A DNA stretch of 64,000 nucleotides from Candidatus Yanofskybacteria bacterium RIFCSPLOWO2_02_FULL_44_18 (GCA_001794755.1 MGKT01000006.1:115045-179044), one strand, 5' to 3'; counted from the first letter of the stretch, positions 28,992 to 38,066 are shown. The notes: generated by a model not told the origin, from the sequence alone. Numbers and translations are program-made.

Positions 28992-29917
28992 TGCGAGACG
29001 CGATTCTTAAATTCCCTTCCCAAATCGAAATTGGTTTTGATATTGGGAATAAAAATAAGTTTGAAGGCGCGTATCGGAATATCTATATTTGCGCCATGGG
29101 CGGATCGGCCATACCCGGCGAAATACTGGCCATTATCCGGCCGGATTTAAACATATATTTAAACTCCGACTACCGCTTGCCCTCGACGGCAACGACGAAT
29201 GACTTGGTAATATGCGTTTCCTGGTCCGGCAATACGGAAGAAACCATTGCCGCGTACGATGACGCTGTGGAAAGGGCCTGTCCAGTCATTGTTATTTCGA
29301 AAGGCGGAATATTGCGCGAAAAAGCTGTCCGACAATCAATATCCGTTGCGGCTATGCCGGATGAAAATGTTCCCGCCCGCTTCGCTGTCGGATATATGTT
29401 TGGAGCTTTAGCCGGGATTCTGGGAATTTCTGATTTTAACGTCAGAAATATAAACGCCGAGGCGTTGGAAATCAAAGGCCGCGACATTGCTTCGGAAATT
29501 GATGCCAAGATTCCGGTGATATACGGCTCATACAAATGGCGGTATTTGGCTAAATTTTGGAAAACATTGATAAATGAAAACGCCAAGATACCGGCATTTT
29601 GGAATTATTTCCCAGTCTTGGGCCACAATGAAATATGCCAGTTCGCCGACAGACATATGCGTTTAACGCCCATTTTATTAAGAAATTTGGACGATTCACC
29701 GGAAGCTTTAAAAGACATAAAAGCCACTATTGCAATATTGGATAATATGGAGTATAATTATACTATCATTGATATCTCTACCGGCATGTCAGTGCTGGAA
29801 CAGGTTCTCAATAACTACATTTTGGCTCTTTGGACTAGTTTTTATCTGGCAAAAAATTTGGGCGTCGATCCAATAGACACTCTTTTAGTAGAGAAATTTA
29901 AAAGCTATAAAAATTAA
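28991..29917 (+). CDS. Bifunctional phosphoglucose/phosphomannose isomerase (SIS domain)
   Basis: ICAMGGSAIPGE..., VSWSGNTEET SIS motifs; about 308 aa archaeal-type PGI/PMI. Confidence 0.75.
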   Translation: MRDAILKFPSQIEIGFDIGNKNKFEGAYRNIYICAMGGSAIPGEILAIIRPDLNIYLNSDYRLPSTATTNDLVICVSWSGNTEETIAAYDDAVERACPVIVISKGGILREKAVRQSISVAAMPDENVPARFAVGYMFGALAGILGISDFNVRNINAEALEIKGRDIASEIDAKIPVIYGSYKWRYLAKFWKTLINENAKIPAFWNYFPVLGHNEICQFADRHMRLTPILLRNLDDSPEALKDIKATIAILDNMEYNYTIIDISTGMSVLEQVLNNYILALWTSFYLAKNLGVDPIDTLLVEKFKSYKN

Positions 29918-29924
29918 ACCTGAT

Positions 29925-30008
29925 GCCGTGGTGGCGAAATTGGCAGACGCGCTACGTTCAGGTCGTAGTGAGAGCAATCTCATGGGAGTTCAAATCTCCC
30001 CCACGGCA
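29925..30008 (+). tRNA. tRNA-Leu(CAG), long variable arm
   Basis: Acceptor GCCGTGG/CCACGGC, anticodon stem CTACG/CGTAG, loop TTCAGGT, T-arm GGGAG-TTCAAAT-CTCCC, discriminator A; no encoded CCA. Confidence 0.85.
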
Positions 30009-30071
30009 CAAATTTGACGGAGCGGGTAAATTATCTGTGACCCCAAAAAACACTAATCAAATATATTATAT

Positions 30072-31934
30072 ATGGAAGATAAAAAAGAATTTGTGGTGAC
30101 TCCTGTCGTCTCCACCCAAAAAAATGACACTCAAGGCGAAGAGCGGAAGTTTAGCATTCGATCGCCGAGAAAACCAAGGTATCGGGACCGTCGGCCGCAG
30201 CAGCCGGTGGTACGCCGCGTTCGGGTTCTTCGTCGCGATGAAAAAGACTACCGAGAAACAGAAAAAGACAGCGGTCTCAAAATAGTCCACTTCGGTGGAT
30301 TGGGAGAGGTCGGCCGGAATATGTCGGCCGTGCAATATGACGACGAGATAATTCTCATTGATGCCGGTGTTCGTTTTCCGGGTGAAGACATGCCGGGAAT
30401 AGACGCCATTATTCCCAATGCCAGCTACTTGGATGACAAGAAAGATATGATTAAGGCCATGTTCTTTACCCACGGCCACATGGACCATATCGGAGCCTTG
30501 CCTTTTATACGAGACAAGATCGGCGATCCTGACATATACGCCGCCGCCCTGACTCGGGCCATCCTCATAAAGCGGATGGAAGATTTTAAAACCCAAAGAC
30601 CCCTGGACATAATTGAGATAAAGGCCGGGGAGGAAATTAAGATTAGCGACAAATTAACTGTCAAAGTTCTTAGAATCAACCATTCTATTCCCGATGATTT
30701 GGAGATTGTAATCAAAACTCCGGTTGGAAACGTCGTCCATACGTCCGACTATAAATTTGACGACACGCCAGTCAATGATTTGCCGGCTGATATCGAGGGC
30801 ATGCAGAAAATAAGCGAAGAGGGTGTTCTGTTGCTGATGTCCGACTCAACGGGCGCGGAAAAAGAAGGCCACTCCATGTCCGAAGCGGAAGTTACAGCCA
30901 GCTTGGAAAAGTTATTCGCGGAAGCAACAGGCATGATTATTTTAGGCACGTTCGCGTCACTGATTAATCGTATCCAACAGGTTATTACCATTGCGGAGAA
31001 ATTTGGCCGTAAAATTGTTTTTGACGGCTATTCAATGAAATCAAACGTGGAAATATGCAAAAAATTGGGATATTTAAAAATCAAGAAAGGCACGCAGATT
31101 AGCATGGAAGAAATCGACGATTATCCTCACGACAAGGTTGTGGCCGTAGTCACCGGCGCCCAAGGTGAAGGCAATGCTGTTCTTATGCGTATTGCTTCCG
31201 GAGACCATCGCCACATAAAAGCCAGAACAAACGATACATACATATTCTCTTCTTCCGTTATTCCCGGAAATGAAAGAAACGTGCAATTCTTGAAAGATCA
31301 GCTTTATCGCAACGGCGCCAAAGTTTTCAATTATTACATGCTTGACGTCCATACCGGCGGACATGGAAACAAAGAAGATTTAAGAAGAATGATTCGATTG
31401 CTCAAACCTAAATTTTTAATGCCCATCCACGGCCAATACTCAATGATGGTCAACCATGGCTTTTTGGGAAATGAGGAGGGCATCCCGAAAGAAAACGTGA
31501 TTATCGCCGATAACGGCTCGATTGTTCACGTTGAAAAAGACAAATGGTGGTTCGATAAAAAGATGGCCCCATCGGAATATGTTTTTGTTGACGGTCTCGG
31601 CATCGGTGACGTGGGCAATGTCGTTCTTAGAGACAGACAAATATTGGCCGCCGACGGCTTCATCACTCTCGTCGTCCTAATCGACGCTCAAACCGGAAAA
31701 GTCAAAGGCAGTCCCGATATCATTTCCCGAGGATTCATATATCTTAAAGAAAACAGGGAAATGCTTATGCACGTCAGAAAAAAGATTCGATACATCGTGG
31801 AAAATCACGCTCCGATTGGCGGCCAGCCGAATCTGGCGTTTATAAAGGAAAATATCCGAAACCAAATCGGCCAATTCTTGTTCCAGAAAACAGAGCGCCG
31901 GCCAATGGTTCTCCCTGTAGTAATCGAGATCTAA
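30072..31934 (+). CDS. rnj: Ribonuclease J (metallo-beta-lactamase/beta-CASP) with basic low-complexity N-terminal extension
   Basis: HGHMDHIGALP motif, beta-CASP and RNase J C-terminal domain; N-term KPRYRDRRPQQPVVRRVRVLRR. Confidence 0.9.
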   Translation: MEDKKEFVVTPVVSTQKNDTQGEERKFSIRSPRKPRYRDRRPQQPVVRRVRVLRRDEKDYRETEKDSGLKIVHFGGLGEVGRNMSAVQYDDEIILIDAGVRFPGEDMPGIDAIIPNASYLDDKKDMIKAMFFTHGHMDHIGALPFIRDKIGDPDIYAAALTRAILIKRMEDFKTQRPLDIIEIKAGEEIKISDKLTVKVLRINHSIPDDLEIVIKTPVGNVVHTSDYKFDDTPVNDLPADIEGMQKISEEGVLLLMSDSTGAEKEGHSMSEAEVTASLEKLFAEATGMIILGTFASLINRIQQVITIAEKFGRKIVFDGYSMKSNVEICKKLGYLKIKKGTQISMEEIDDYPHDKVVAVVTGAQGEGNAVLMRIASGDHRHIKARTNDTYIFSSSVIPGNERNVQFLKDQLYRNGAKVFNYYMLDVHTGGHGNKEDLRRMIRLLKPKFLMPIHGQYSMMVNHGFLGNEEGIPKENVIIADNGSIVHVEKDKWWFDKKMAPSEYVFVDGLGIGDVGNVVLRDRQILAADGFITLVVLIDAQTGKVKGSPDIISRGFIYLKENREMLMHVRKKIRYIVENHAPIGGQPNLAFIKENIRNQIGQFLFQKTERRPMVLPVVIEI

Positions 31935-32006
31935 TCTTCAACTCGCACAAAGACGCACTTGTGTATTTGTATTGGCTATTTTATATTTTTTCGATATTCT
32001 AAATAT

Positions 32007-32978
32007 ATGTCTAAAATCTTCTCCGGCATTCGTCCTAGCGGCAAGCTGCATTTGGGAAATTATCTGGGGGCAATCAAGAATTGGATTTCCCTTCAGGATG
32101 AAGCCGATCAGGCCATATTCGCCGTCGTCGACTACCATGGCATAACGACGCCGTTTGATCCGAAAACTTTCCACCAGCAGGTAATGGATGTCATTTTAGA
32201 TTATCTGGCTGCTGGATTAAATCCCGACAAGTCTCTTCTTATACGCCAATCGCATGTTCCTCAACATACGGAATTGGCCTGGATTTTTAATACCATAACC
32301 CCGGTCAGCTGGCTTGACCGCCTGCCGACATACCGTGAACAGCTTGAGAAAACAAAGGCCAACAATATGGGACTTCTTGACTATCCTGTTTTAATGGCCG
32401 CCGATATTTTGGTATATAAATCGGATTTGGTGCCCGTCGGAGAGGATCAACTGCCCCACATAGATTTGACCAATGAAATCGGGGCCAGGTTCAATTCTTC
32501 GTTTGGAGAAACATTTCCGAATGTAAAAGCCAAATTAACGGAAGGGGCAAGGATAATGTCTCTTAAAGATCCTCTGGCGAAAATGTCAAAAACCGGTGAT
32601 GAAGGCATTGCATTATCCGACTCACCCGATGAAATTGAAAGAAAAATATCCGTGGCCACGACTGATTCAGGAAAAGAAATACACTATGACGAGAAAGAAA
32701 AACCGGGCATTTCAAATTTAATGACGATATATCACCTGCTGTCCGACAAATCCTTAACTGATATCGAAAGCGGCTATGCCGGTAAAACATATGTCGAATT
32801 CAAAAAAGACTTATCGGATATAATCGTGTCTTTCTTGCAACCGTTCCAATCCCGCCGTAAAGAATTCGAGAACAACTTGGATCAAGTGGTATCAATACTG
32901 GAAAAATCAGAACAAAAATGCCGCGCCTTGGCGGACGAAACTCTTTCTGATGTCAAGTCCAAAATGGGATTGATTTGA
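32007..32978 (+). CDS. trpS: Tryptophan--tRNA ligase
   Basis: SGIRPSGKLHLGNYLGA (HIGH-type) and KMSKTGDEG (KMSKS) motifs; start taken at internal ATG 32007 of ORF 31959..32978. Confidence 0.9.
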   Translation: MSKIFSGIRPSGKLHLGNYLGAIKNWISLQDEADQAIFAVVDYHGITTPFDPKTFHQQVMDVILDYLAAGLNPDKSLLIRQSHVPQHTELAWIFNTITPVSWLDRLPTYREQLEKTKANNMGLLDYPVLMAADILVYKSDLVPVGEDQLPHIDLTNEIGARFNSSFGETFPNVKAKLTEGARIMSLKDPLAKMSKTGDEGIALSDSPDEIERKISVATTDSGKEIHYDEKEKPGISNLMTIYHLLSDKSLTDIESGYAGKTYVEFKKDLSDIIVSFLQPFQSRRKEFENNLDQVVSILEKSEQKCRALADETLSDVKSKMGLI

Positions 32979-33044
32979 CTTATTTCACATTGAAATTCTC
33001 ATCCTTTGCTGATATAATTTCAAGGTTTAGTTCTTGAAAATTAT

Positions 33045-33310
33045 TCCGCGGTAGCTCAATGGTAGAGCGGCGCCCTGTGAAAGAATCGCAGCTTTCAGAC
33101 GAAAGTCTGACTGAAACTTTTCGGGATATCGGTGAAGCCTTGACTGGTAATACCGAGGGAACCCCGACAATAAATGTCGGGGGCACCGTAGAGACTAGAT
33201 ACCGAAGATCCGTACGATTAAATTCACGGATAAGATATAGTCCACGCCGTAACGAAAGTTATGGATTATGTGTAAGGCGATGGTTCCAGGTTCGAGTCCT
33301 GGCCGCGGAG
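33045..33310 (+). tRNA. tRNA-Asn(GUU) interrupted by a group I intron in the anticodon loop (exons 33045-33078 and 33273-33310)
   Basis: 5' exon TCCGCGG-TA-GCTC-AATGGTA-GAGC-G-GCGCC-CTGT; 3' exon TAA-GGCGA-TGGTT-CCAGG-TTCGAGT-CCTGG-CCGCGGA-G. U1-A72 and G73 as in bacterial tRNA-Asn. Alternative splice junction would give Thr(UGU). Confidence 0.7.
33079..33272 (+). ncRNA. Group I self-splicing intron (compact, about 194 nt, no ORF)
   Basis: Core elements GTAGAGACTAGA (R-like) and AAGATATAGTCC (S, exact consensus); candidate IGS GCAG pairing exon CTGT with U.G; ends in G. Confidence 0.7.
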
Positions 33311-33321
33311 CAGACATTTAC

Positions 33322-33350
33322 AAAATACCACTCGAGTGGTATTTTGTTTC
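33322..33350 (+). terminator. Rho-independent terminator after tRNA
   Basis: ataccactcgagtggtat hairpin followed by tttgtttctt. Confidence 0.6.
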
Positions 33351-33372
33351 TTATCGAGAGAAGGAGTTATCA

Positions 33373-33684
33373 ATGTCCGAATGTAAAATTATCAATTCGG
33401 TCTTTCTTGGGCACCAGCTCGAGACAACAGGTATTGAAATAAGTGTAGGCGTAGGCCGTGTAATAGGAAGCGCCACAAAAGTGATCCGCATTGGTCTTCC
33501 CATGATTTCGATTCTGACAGCCGAAAGCACTCCCCAAATTGCCAAGATTGATCCTGGCGCCGAGGACGCATTTCTGGCAGCAGCCGACACTTTACTGAAA
33601 GGCGGCACGGAGTTTTACACTGTACTTCGTCCAGACTGGGCACTGGCGGCATTAAGCTGGAAAGCCGTGCCAACATATGCTTAG
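33373..33684 (+). CDS. Hypothetical protein (about 103 aa), GC-richer than surroundings
   Basis: Strong RBS gagagaaggag 7 nt before ATG; same frame as track ORF 33268..33684 but starting after the tRNA. Confidence 0.4.
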   Translation: MSECKIINSVFLGHQLETTGIEISVGVGRVIGSATKVIRIGLPMISILTAESTPQIAKIDPGAEDAFLAAADTLLKGGTEFYTVLRPDWALAALSWKAVPTYA

Positions 33685-33721
33685 CCACACTAGCCACCAA
33701 GAATTGGAGAAGTCTCCTCGC

Positions 33722-33750
33722 TGACCGAGAACGGTCATTTTTTATTTGTC
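33722..33750 (+). terminator. Rho-independent terminator
   Basis: gaccg-agaa-cggtc hairpin followed by attttttattt. Confidence 0.55.
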
Positions 33751-33825
33751 TAATTTTAGGTTTTAACGTCGCCCATCAGGGGTGTTTTATTTGAAGTTAA
33801 AACCTGAAGGTGGTTAAATTGGGGC

Positions 33826-34338
33826 ATGGAAAATAAGATTTTTATTTACGGTGTCCCTGGGGCTGGAAAAACTACCTACAGTATTCGCTTAAAAAATGAG
33901 CTGGGTTATCCGGTTGTAGAGGCTGATTATCTTCGCGAAATTGCTCAAAAAGAAAAATCAGAAGCGGAGGACCCCTTTTTATACATTGGCACAAAAGAAG
34001 CGTGGAAAAAGTTTGGTGAACTCAATGAGGAAAATATAATTAAAGGTCTTAAAGCAGTTCGTACGAGTATGATGCCATATGTAAATCAAGAGATACTTAA
34101 ATACCCTAATGAACTAATAATGGAAGGGGCTTTTTTAGAACCTCAACAATTAATTGGAAAAGGCAAGCTTCTCTTGGTGGTAACTACAGACGAAGAACAA
34201 CATCGAAAACAATATTTTATTCATCGAGAACATTCTTCTCTTCACGAGGAGACATTTACAGCTGTTCGTATAATCCAAAAGTATTTAATTGATGAGACTT
34301 CTCAGTACTCAGTAGAGATTATCGAGAATAAGTTCTAA
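33826..34338 (+). CDS. P-loop NTPase, small nucleotide/nucleoside (or polynucleotide) kinase-like
   Basis: Walker A GVPGAGKTT; hydrophobic-D/E Walker B-like LLLVVTTDEE; 170 aa. Confidence 0.55.
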   Translation: MENKIFIYGVPGAGKTTYSIRLKNELGYPVVEADYLREIAQKEKSEAEDPFLYIGTKEAWKKFGELNEENIIKGLKAVRTSMMPYVNQEILKYPNELIMEGAFLEPQQLIGKGKLLLVVTTDEEQHRKQYFIHREHSSLHEETFTAVRIIQKYLIDETSQYSVEIIENKF

Positions 34339-34360
34339 CATCAGAGAACCAGATGAGCAA

Positions 34361-34395
34361 CGATAAAATACTAGATTTTATCTAGTATTTTATTT
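34361..34395. terminator. Bidirectional hairpin terminator (perfect 12-bp inverted repeat)
   Basis: AAAATACTAGAT-tt-ATCTAGTATTTT followed by T-run. Confidence 0.55.
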
Positions 34396-34467
34396 TACCC
34401 CAGTGTGGACGTCCGAACTTTTTTGTAATATCTTTATTTCTAGTTCTAATATATACGGAGGTTTAAT

Positions 34468-34752
34468 ATGCGCTGGCGGTTAACTTACGTCATGAGATCA
34501 CATGGTATGACGGAAGATGAGCCACTTTGGACCGATGAGACACATATCTGGAACATGGAAAATATAGAAACAGATGCCGACGCCTCAGAAAAAGCAAAAA
34601 CTTTTTTAGAAAATCTTAGGCGTAAGAATGGCTCAATTGAGCGATATGACTTAGTTCGTATTGTTCAAGAAGAAGTTGTCGTCTCCGTTAAAATACCACC
34701 CCTGAAATCCTATTCAGAGTTAAGGTGTCCAAAGAATGTTGGAGCAACATAA
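34468..34752 (+). CDS. Hypothetical protein (94 aa)
   Basis: RBS ggagg upstream of ATG; followed by hairpin plus T-run (34753-34790). Confidence 0.4.
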   Translation: MRWRLTYVMRSHGMTEDEPLWTDETHIWNMENIETDADASEKAKTFLENLRRKNGSIERYDLVRIVQEEVVVSVKIPPLKSYSELRCPKNVGAT

Positions 34753-34865
34753 AGCGGTGCGATAATATCAATCCGCTTTTTATTTTTTATCTAATTTTAG
34801 ATTCTAACATTTCAGATTCAGTGGAGCAGATTAACAGAGGGTGTTTTAAGTGATATACTATAATC

Positions 34866-35066
34866 ATGCAAAAAATAACTACAAAAGTTTTCGTTTGGGC
34901 GTCAATTGCTTTTGGTATTGTGGGGCTGTTAATGGTTATAACCACTTCTCCCGAAAGTGACGGTCCCAATGTGTATTTGTTGAAACTTTTATTTACGGCC
35001 GTTATCGTCATCTTGGTCTCCTTCGCCTTGACCGTGGCCGGTAGGTACTTCAACAATAAGTCTTAG
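34866..35066 (+). CDS. Small membrane protein (2 TM)
   Basis: 66 aa, two hydrophobic helices. Confidence 0.4.
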   Translation: MQKITTKVFVWASIAFGIVGLLMVITTSPESDGPNVYLLKLLFTAVIVILVSFALTVAGRYFNNKS

Positions 35067-35156
35067 TCTTTAGTGAAAGGTGTTAGATTCATTAAGGAAC
35101 CGACGAATGTGGGGCCTTCTACTATTGCTATATTTGACGATACTTGCGGCAACCTG

Positions 35157-35190
35157 ATACAAATTGCCCAGCTTAACTGAATCGTGTATA
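35157..35190 (+). promoter_or_regulatory. Sigma-70-type promoter (TTGCCC-17-TATAAT)
   Basis: ttgccc agcttaactgaatcgtg tataat upstream of small basic ORF. Confidence 0.5.
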
Positions 35191-35219
35191 ATAACTGGGA
35201 TTAAATTAATCTAAAAACA

Positions 35220-35336
35220 TGGCAAAAAGAAATTCAGGGTTGGGAGCAAGCCGTAAGCGCAAGACTCACTCGCCTAAGACAAAGAAACGTCTTGCCGCAA
35301 AGAGAGAAATGCTGGCGGCAAGAAAGCGCAGATAGC
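35220..35336 (+). CDS. Small highly basic protein (38 aa), possible ribosome-associated or nucleic-acid-binding peptide
   Basis: MAKRNSGLGASRKRKTHSPKTKKRLAAKREMLAARKRR; below 60-aa track cutoff; strong promoter upstream. Confidence 0.35.
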
Positions 35337-35371
35337 GTAAAACAGTTTAGGAAGAATTATAATTTTAAGGC

Positions 35372-35845
35372 ATGGATATCTGGACAACCTTAACGTCTAA
35401 GCCCGTCCTCATTGGTCTGCATCTTGGATTTGCCATTTTGGGGATTGATGCTTTCCTTTGGCTTTTGGGCGAAGTTGTGGCAAACGCGGGTTCCATGTTT
35501 AGACGGACTCTGGCCGCCGTGTTGGGCTTGGCGGGATTTGTCGGTGCTTGGCTGATTGGCGGTTATTATTATGTCAAATATTACGGGCCGATTGTAAAAC
35601 CAATCATCAAAGCCGGCTCCGCTCCGTGGGCTCATGCCATTGCCATGGAAGCTAAGGAGCACATTTTTCTATTCTTAATTCCCATGGCCGTCACCGCCTT
35701 AATTCTTTCACGCTTGTCGCCGGATGAATTGGATACGTTTAAGTTAAAAAACAGTTATATCGCCTTACTAATAATTATCTCGGGATTGGCATTAAGTTTA
35801 GGGCTTATGGGTTATATTATTTCCGCAGCGGCGAGGTGGGCATAA
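35372..35845 (+). CDS. Hypothetical polytopic membrane protein
   Basis: 157 aa, about 5 TM. Confidence 0.5.
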   Translation: MDIWTTLTSKPVLIGLHLGFAILGIDAFLWLLGEVVANAGSMFRRTLAAVLGLAGFVGAWLIGGYYYVKYYGPIVKPIIKAGSAPWAHAIAMEAKEHIFLFLIPMAVTALILSRLSPDELDTFKLKNSYIALLIIISGLALSLGLMGYIISAAARWA

Positions 35846-35851
35846 AATCTA

Positions 35852-36160
35852 ATGGCTAAAACAGAAACAATCTATACCTCGGCGATGTCGGCAGCGATTA
35901 CGATTATTGTTGTCGCTTTAATTACGATTCTGGCCGACACAAATCTCGCCTTTAAAACATGGCTGGCCTCATGGACCGGCCATCATTGGGTGACAAAAAG
36001 TTTTATAACCGCCATTTTATACCCCCTATTCTTTGTCTTGCTTAGAACGAGAAAACCGCGCGTAAATGACGCAGGAACAGCGACGCTGACTCTAAATCTC
36101 GTCGCCATTGCTGGATTTGTTTTAATACTCGCTTTTTACTTTTTCGAATATCTCAAATAA
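35852..36160 (+). CDS. Hypothetical membrane protein
   Basis: 102 aa, 3 TM. Confidence 0.5.
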   Translation: MAKTETIYTSAMSAAITIIVVALITILADTNLAFKTWLASWTGHHWVTKSFITAILYPLFFVLLRTRKPRVNDAGTATLTLNLVAIAGFVLILAFYFFEYLK

Positions 36161-36335
36161 TTACTTTTTTGAGATTTGCTGCCAGAGCCAGATGCCGACG
36201 AGAACCAGATCCACCAGAACCACGGCCCATGTTATGAAGCCGAGAGATCCGATCCCGCCCATCATGCCCCAGTTTTGATATCCCATCATTATTCATGTAT
36301 AGCAAAAAAATGTATTTTATGCTACAATACAAGAA

Positions 36336-36713
36336 ATGAAGCTCCTGGCCGTATTAATCATAGGAATATTCGTAATCGCCGGATTTAATCTGGCAACTAT
36401 GGATCACCATAATGCCTGCCCTTTTGATTCCACGATTGCGTCAGATTGCGCTCTGGTCAGAAGCTCTTTTGATTCTGCGACTTCTCACCTATCAGCTTTT
36501 TCTCAGTTGTCTCTGGCCACGATTTTAGTTACATTTTCTCTTTTGCTTTTGCCTATTTTTTTGTTCTTTCTGCGTACATATTCCCATCCCGGGTTATCAT
36601 TATCTTTCCTTAGAGAAAGATCAAGGAATAACAAGACGCCTCTTGAACAAAGATTGAGGTTTTGGTTTTCTTTGCACGAAAATAGCCCAACTGTCTCTTT
36701 AGGGCGCGCATAG
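36336..36713 (+). CDS. Hypothetical membrane protein
   Basis: 125 aa with TM helices; TGcTACAAT extended -10 immediately upstream (near-leaderless); terminator-like hairpin aatccttacacaaggattttttt at about 36755-36780. Confidence 0.35.
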   Translation: MKLLAVLIIGIFVIAGFNLATMDHHNACPFDSTIASDCALVRSSFDSATSHLSAFSQLSLATILVTFSLLLLPIFLFFLRTYSHPGLSLSFLRERSRNNKTPLEQRLRFWFSLHENSPTVSLGRA

Positions 36714-36792
36714 CTTTGACTTGAGTCGAAAGTCTGCTTGTTCGCGCCGCAAATCCTTACACAAGGATTTTTTTGTATTTAACACTAAAGAT

Positions 36793-37293
36793 ATGAACAA
36801 ACAAACATTAATTATCATAGCCGGTGTAGTTGTAATCGTGGCCGGATTCATATGGCTGGCGCGGCCGGCGGCAGATACGATCCGAAAAGAAGAGAAAACC
36901 GATGCTGTTTCCGATTTTCTGGAAATTCCGGAAAAATACTATGACTTCGGAAACATATCAATGGCCAACGGTAATGTCAGTCACGCATTTAAAGTAAAAA
37001 ACGCCGGCTCTGAAAAAATTACTCTTGATAAAATGTATACGTCCTGCATGTGCACAAGCGCGGTTATGCAGCTGAATGGAAAAGAGTACGGGCCATTCGG
37101 CATGCCCGGCCATGTCGGCATACCGAAAATAAACGCGATGCTCGAGCTCGGCGATGAAGCTGTAATTGAAATCGTATTTGATCCGAATGCCCACGGCCCG
37201 GCTGGCATCGGAAAAATCGAACGCACGGTCATTATTGAAAATTCAGCCGGCGGGCCTATCATGTTGAATTTTAGCGCCAACGTCACACCATGA
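36793..37293 (+). CDS. DUF1573 domain protein (membrane-anchored)
   Basis: YDFGNISMANGNVSHAFKVKNAGSEKITLDKMYTSCMCT matches DUF1573 signature; start at internal ATG of ORF 36721..37293. Confidence 0.65.
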   Translation: MNKQTLIIIAGVVVIVAGFIWLARPAADTIRKEEKTDAVSDFLEIPEKYYDFGNISMANGNVSHAFKVKNAGSEKITLDKMYTSCMCTSAVMQLNGKEYGPFGMPGHVGIPKINAMLELGDEAVIEIVFDPNAHGPAGIGKIERTVIIENSAGGPIMLNFSANVTP

Positions 37294-38066
37294 AAAAATT
37301 AATATTTCTAATCGCAATAGCGGTAGTGCTGACGGTGCTCGTTTTTGTTCTTAAATCTCCGGTCGGGACAAAAATGGTTTGGAATATCAGCAGCCAAGGC
37401 TCGTGGCTGCTGCCTCTTGTAGGCGTCTCTGCGCTGATTGACAGCATCAACCCCTGCGCTTTCTCGATACTACTTCTGACTATCGCCTTTCTGTTCAGCA
37501 TCGGCAAATTAAGAACAAGTATCCTCAAAATCGGAATATTCTACATTCTGGGAATATTTATCGTCTATCTGTTAATCGGTCTTGGCATTACCCAAACCCT
37601 ACACATATTCAACACACCCCATTTCATGGCCAGACTCGGAGCGATTCTTTTGATTATCCTGGGAATGATTGGTCTGATTAATGAATTCTTTCCTGCTTTC
37701 CCGATAAAATTCCGTATTCCCCATGCCGCTCATCGTAAAATGGCCGAGCTCATGGAAAAAGCTTCTCTTCCGACGGCATTTGGTTTGGGAGTGCTGGTGG
37801 GAATATGCGAATTCCCTTGCACGGGCGGACCGTATTTAATGGTCTTGGGACTGCTGCACGATAACTTAACTTACCTTTCTGGAGCCGGTTATCTGCTTCT
37901 GTACAACTTAATATTTGTTTTGCCTTTGATTGTAATTTTGCTGATTGCCAGCAATAAAAACATGCTTGAGAGGGTAAAGAATTGGCAAATGAAAGAGAGA
38001 AATCAAATGCGCCTTATTGCCGGAATTGCCATGATTGGGCTGGGAATATTAATTCTAAACATATGA
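37290..38066 (+). CDS. DsbD/CcdA-like transmembrane thiol-disulfide (cytochrome c biogenesis-type) protein
   Basis: TM1 DSINPCAFSIL and TM4 CEFPCTGGPY cysteine motifs of DsbD_2/CcdA family; ATGA overlaps with flanking genes. Confidence 0.65.
   Translation: MKKLIFLIAIAVVLTVLVFVLKSPVGTKMVWNISSQGSWLLPLVGVSALIDSINPCAFSILLLTIAFLFSIGKLRTSILKIGIFYILGIFIVYLLIGLGITQTLHIFNTPHFMARLGAILLIILGMIGLINEFFPAFPIKFRIPHAAHRKMAELMEKASLPTAFGLGVLVGICEFPCTGGPYLMVLGLLHDNLTYLSGAGYLLLYNLIFVLPLIVILLIASNKNMLERVKNWQMKERNQMRLIAGIAMIGLGILILNI

Noticed and set aside
33045-33085. Reading the 5' half as an intron-less tRNA-His (loop CTGTGAA, anticodon GTG)
   Set aside because: No complementary 3' anticodon-stem strand follows. 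The matching stem, T-arm and acceptor strand lie about 200 nt downstream, and U1-A72/G73 fit Asn, not His.
33059-33700. Six-frame ORFs 33059..33442(+), 33268..33684(+), 33351..33608(-), 33392..33700(-) overlapping the tRNA/intron
   Set aside because: They run through the tRNA-Asn exons and the group I intron and are artefacts of the RNA gene. Only the sub-ORF starting at ATG 33373, after a terminator and strong RBS, was kept as a low-confidence CDS.
36176-36388. 70-aa plus-strand ORF (MLPEPDADENQ...)
   Set aside because: It has no RBS or promoter and atypical composition. The opposite strand encodes a more plausible 42-aa TM peptide (MMGYQNWGMMGGIGSLGFITWAVVLVDLVLVGIWLWQQISKK, about 36162-36290), but that is too short and uncertain to list as a feature.
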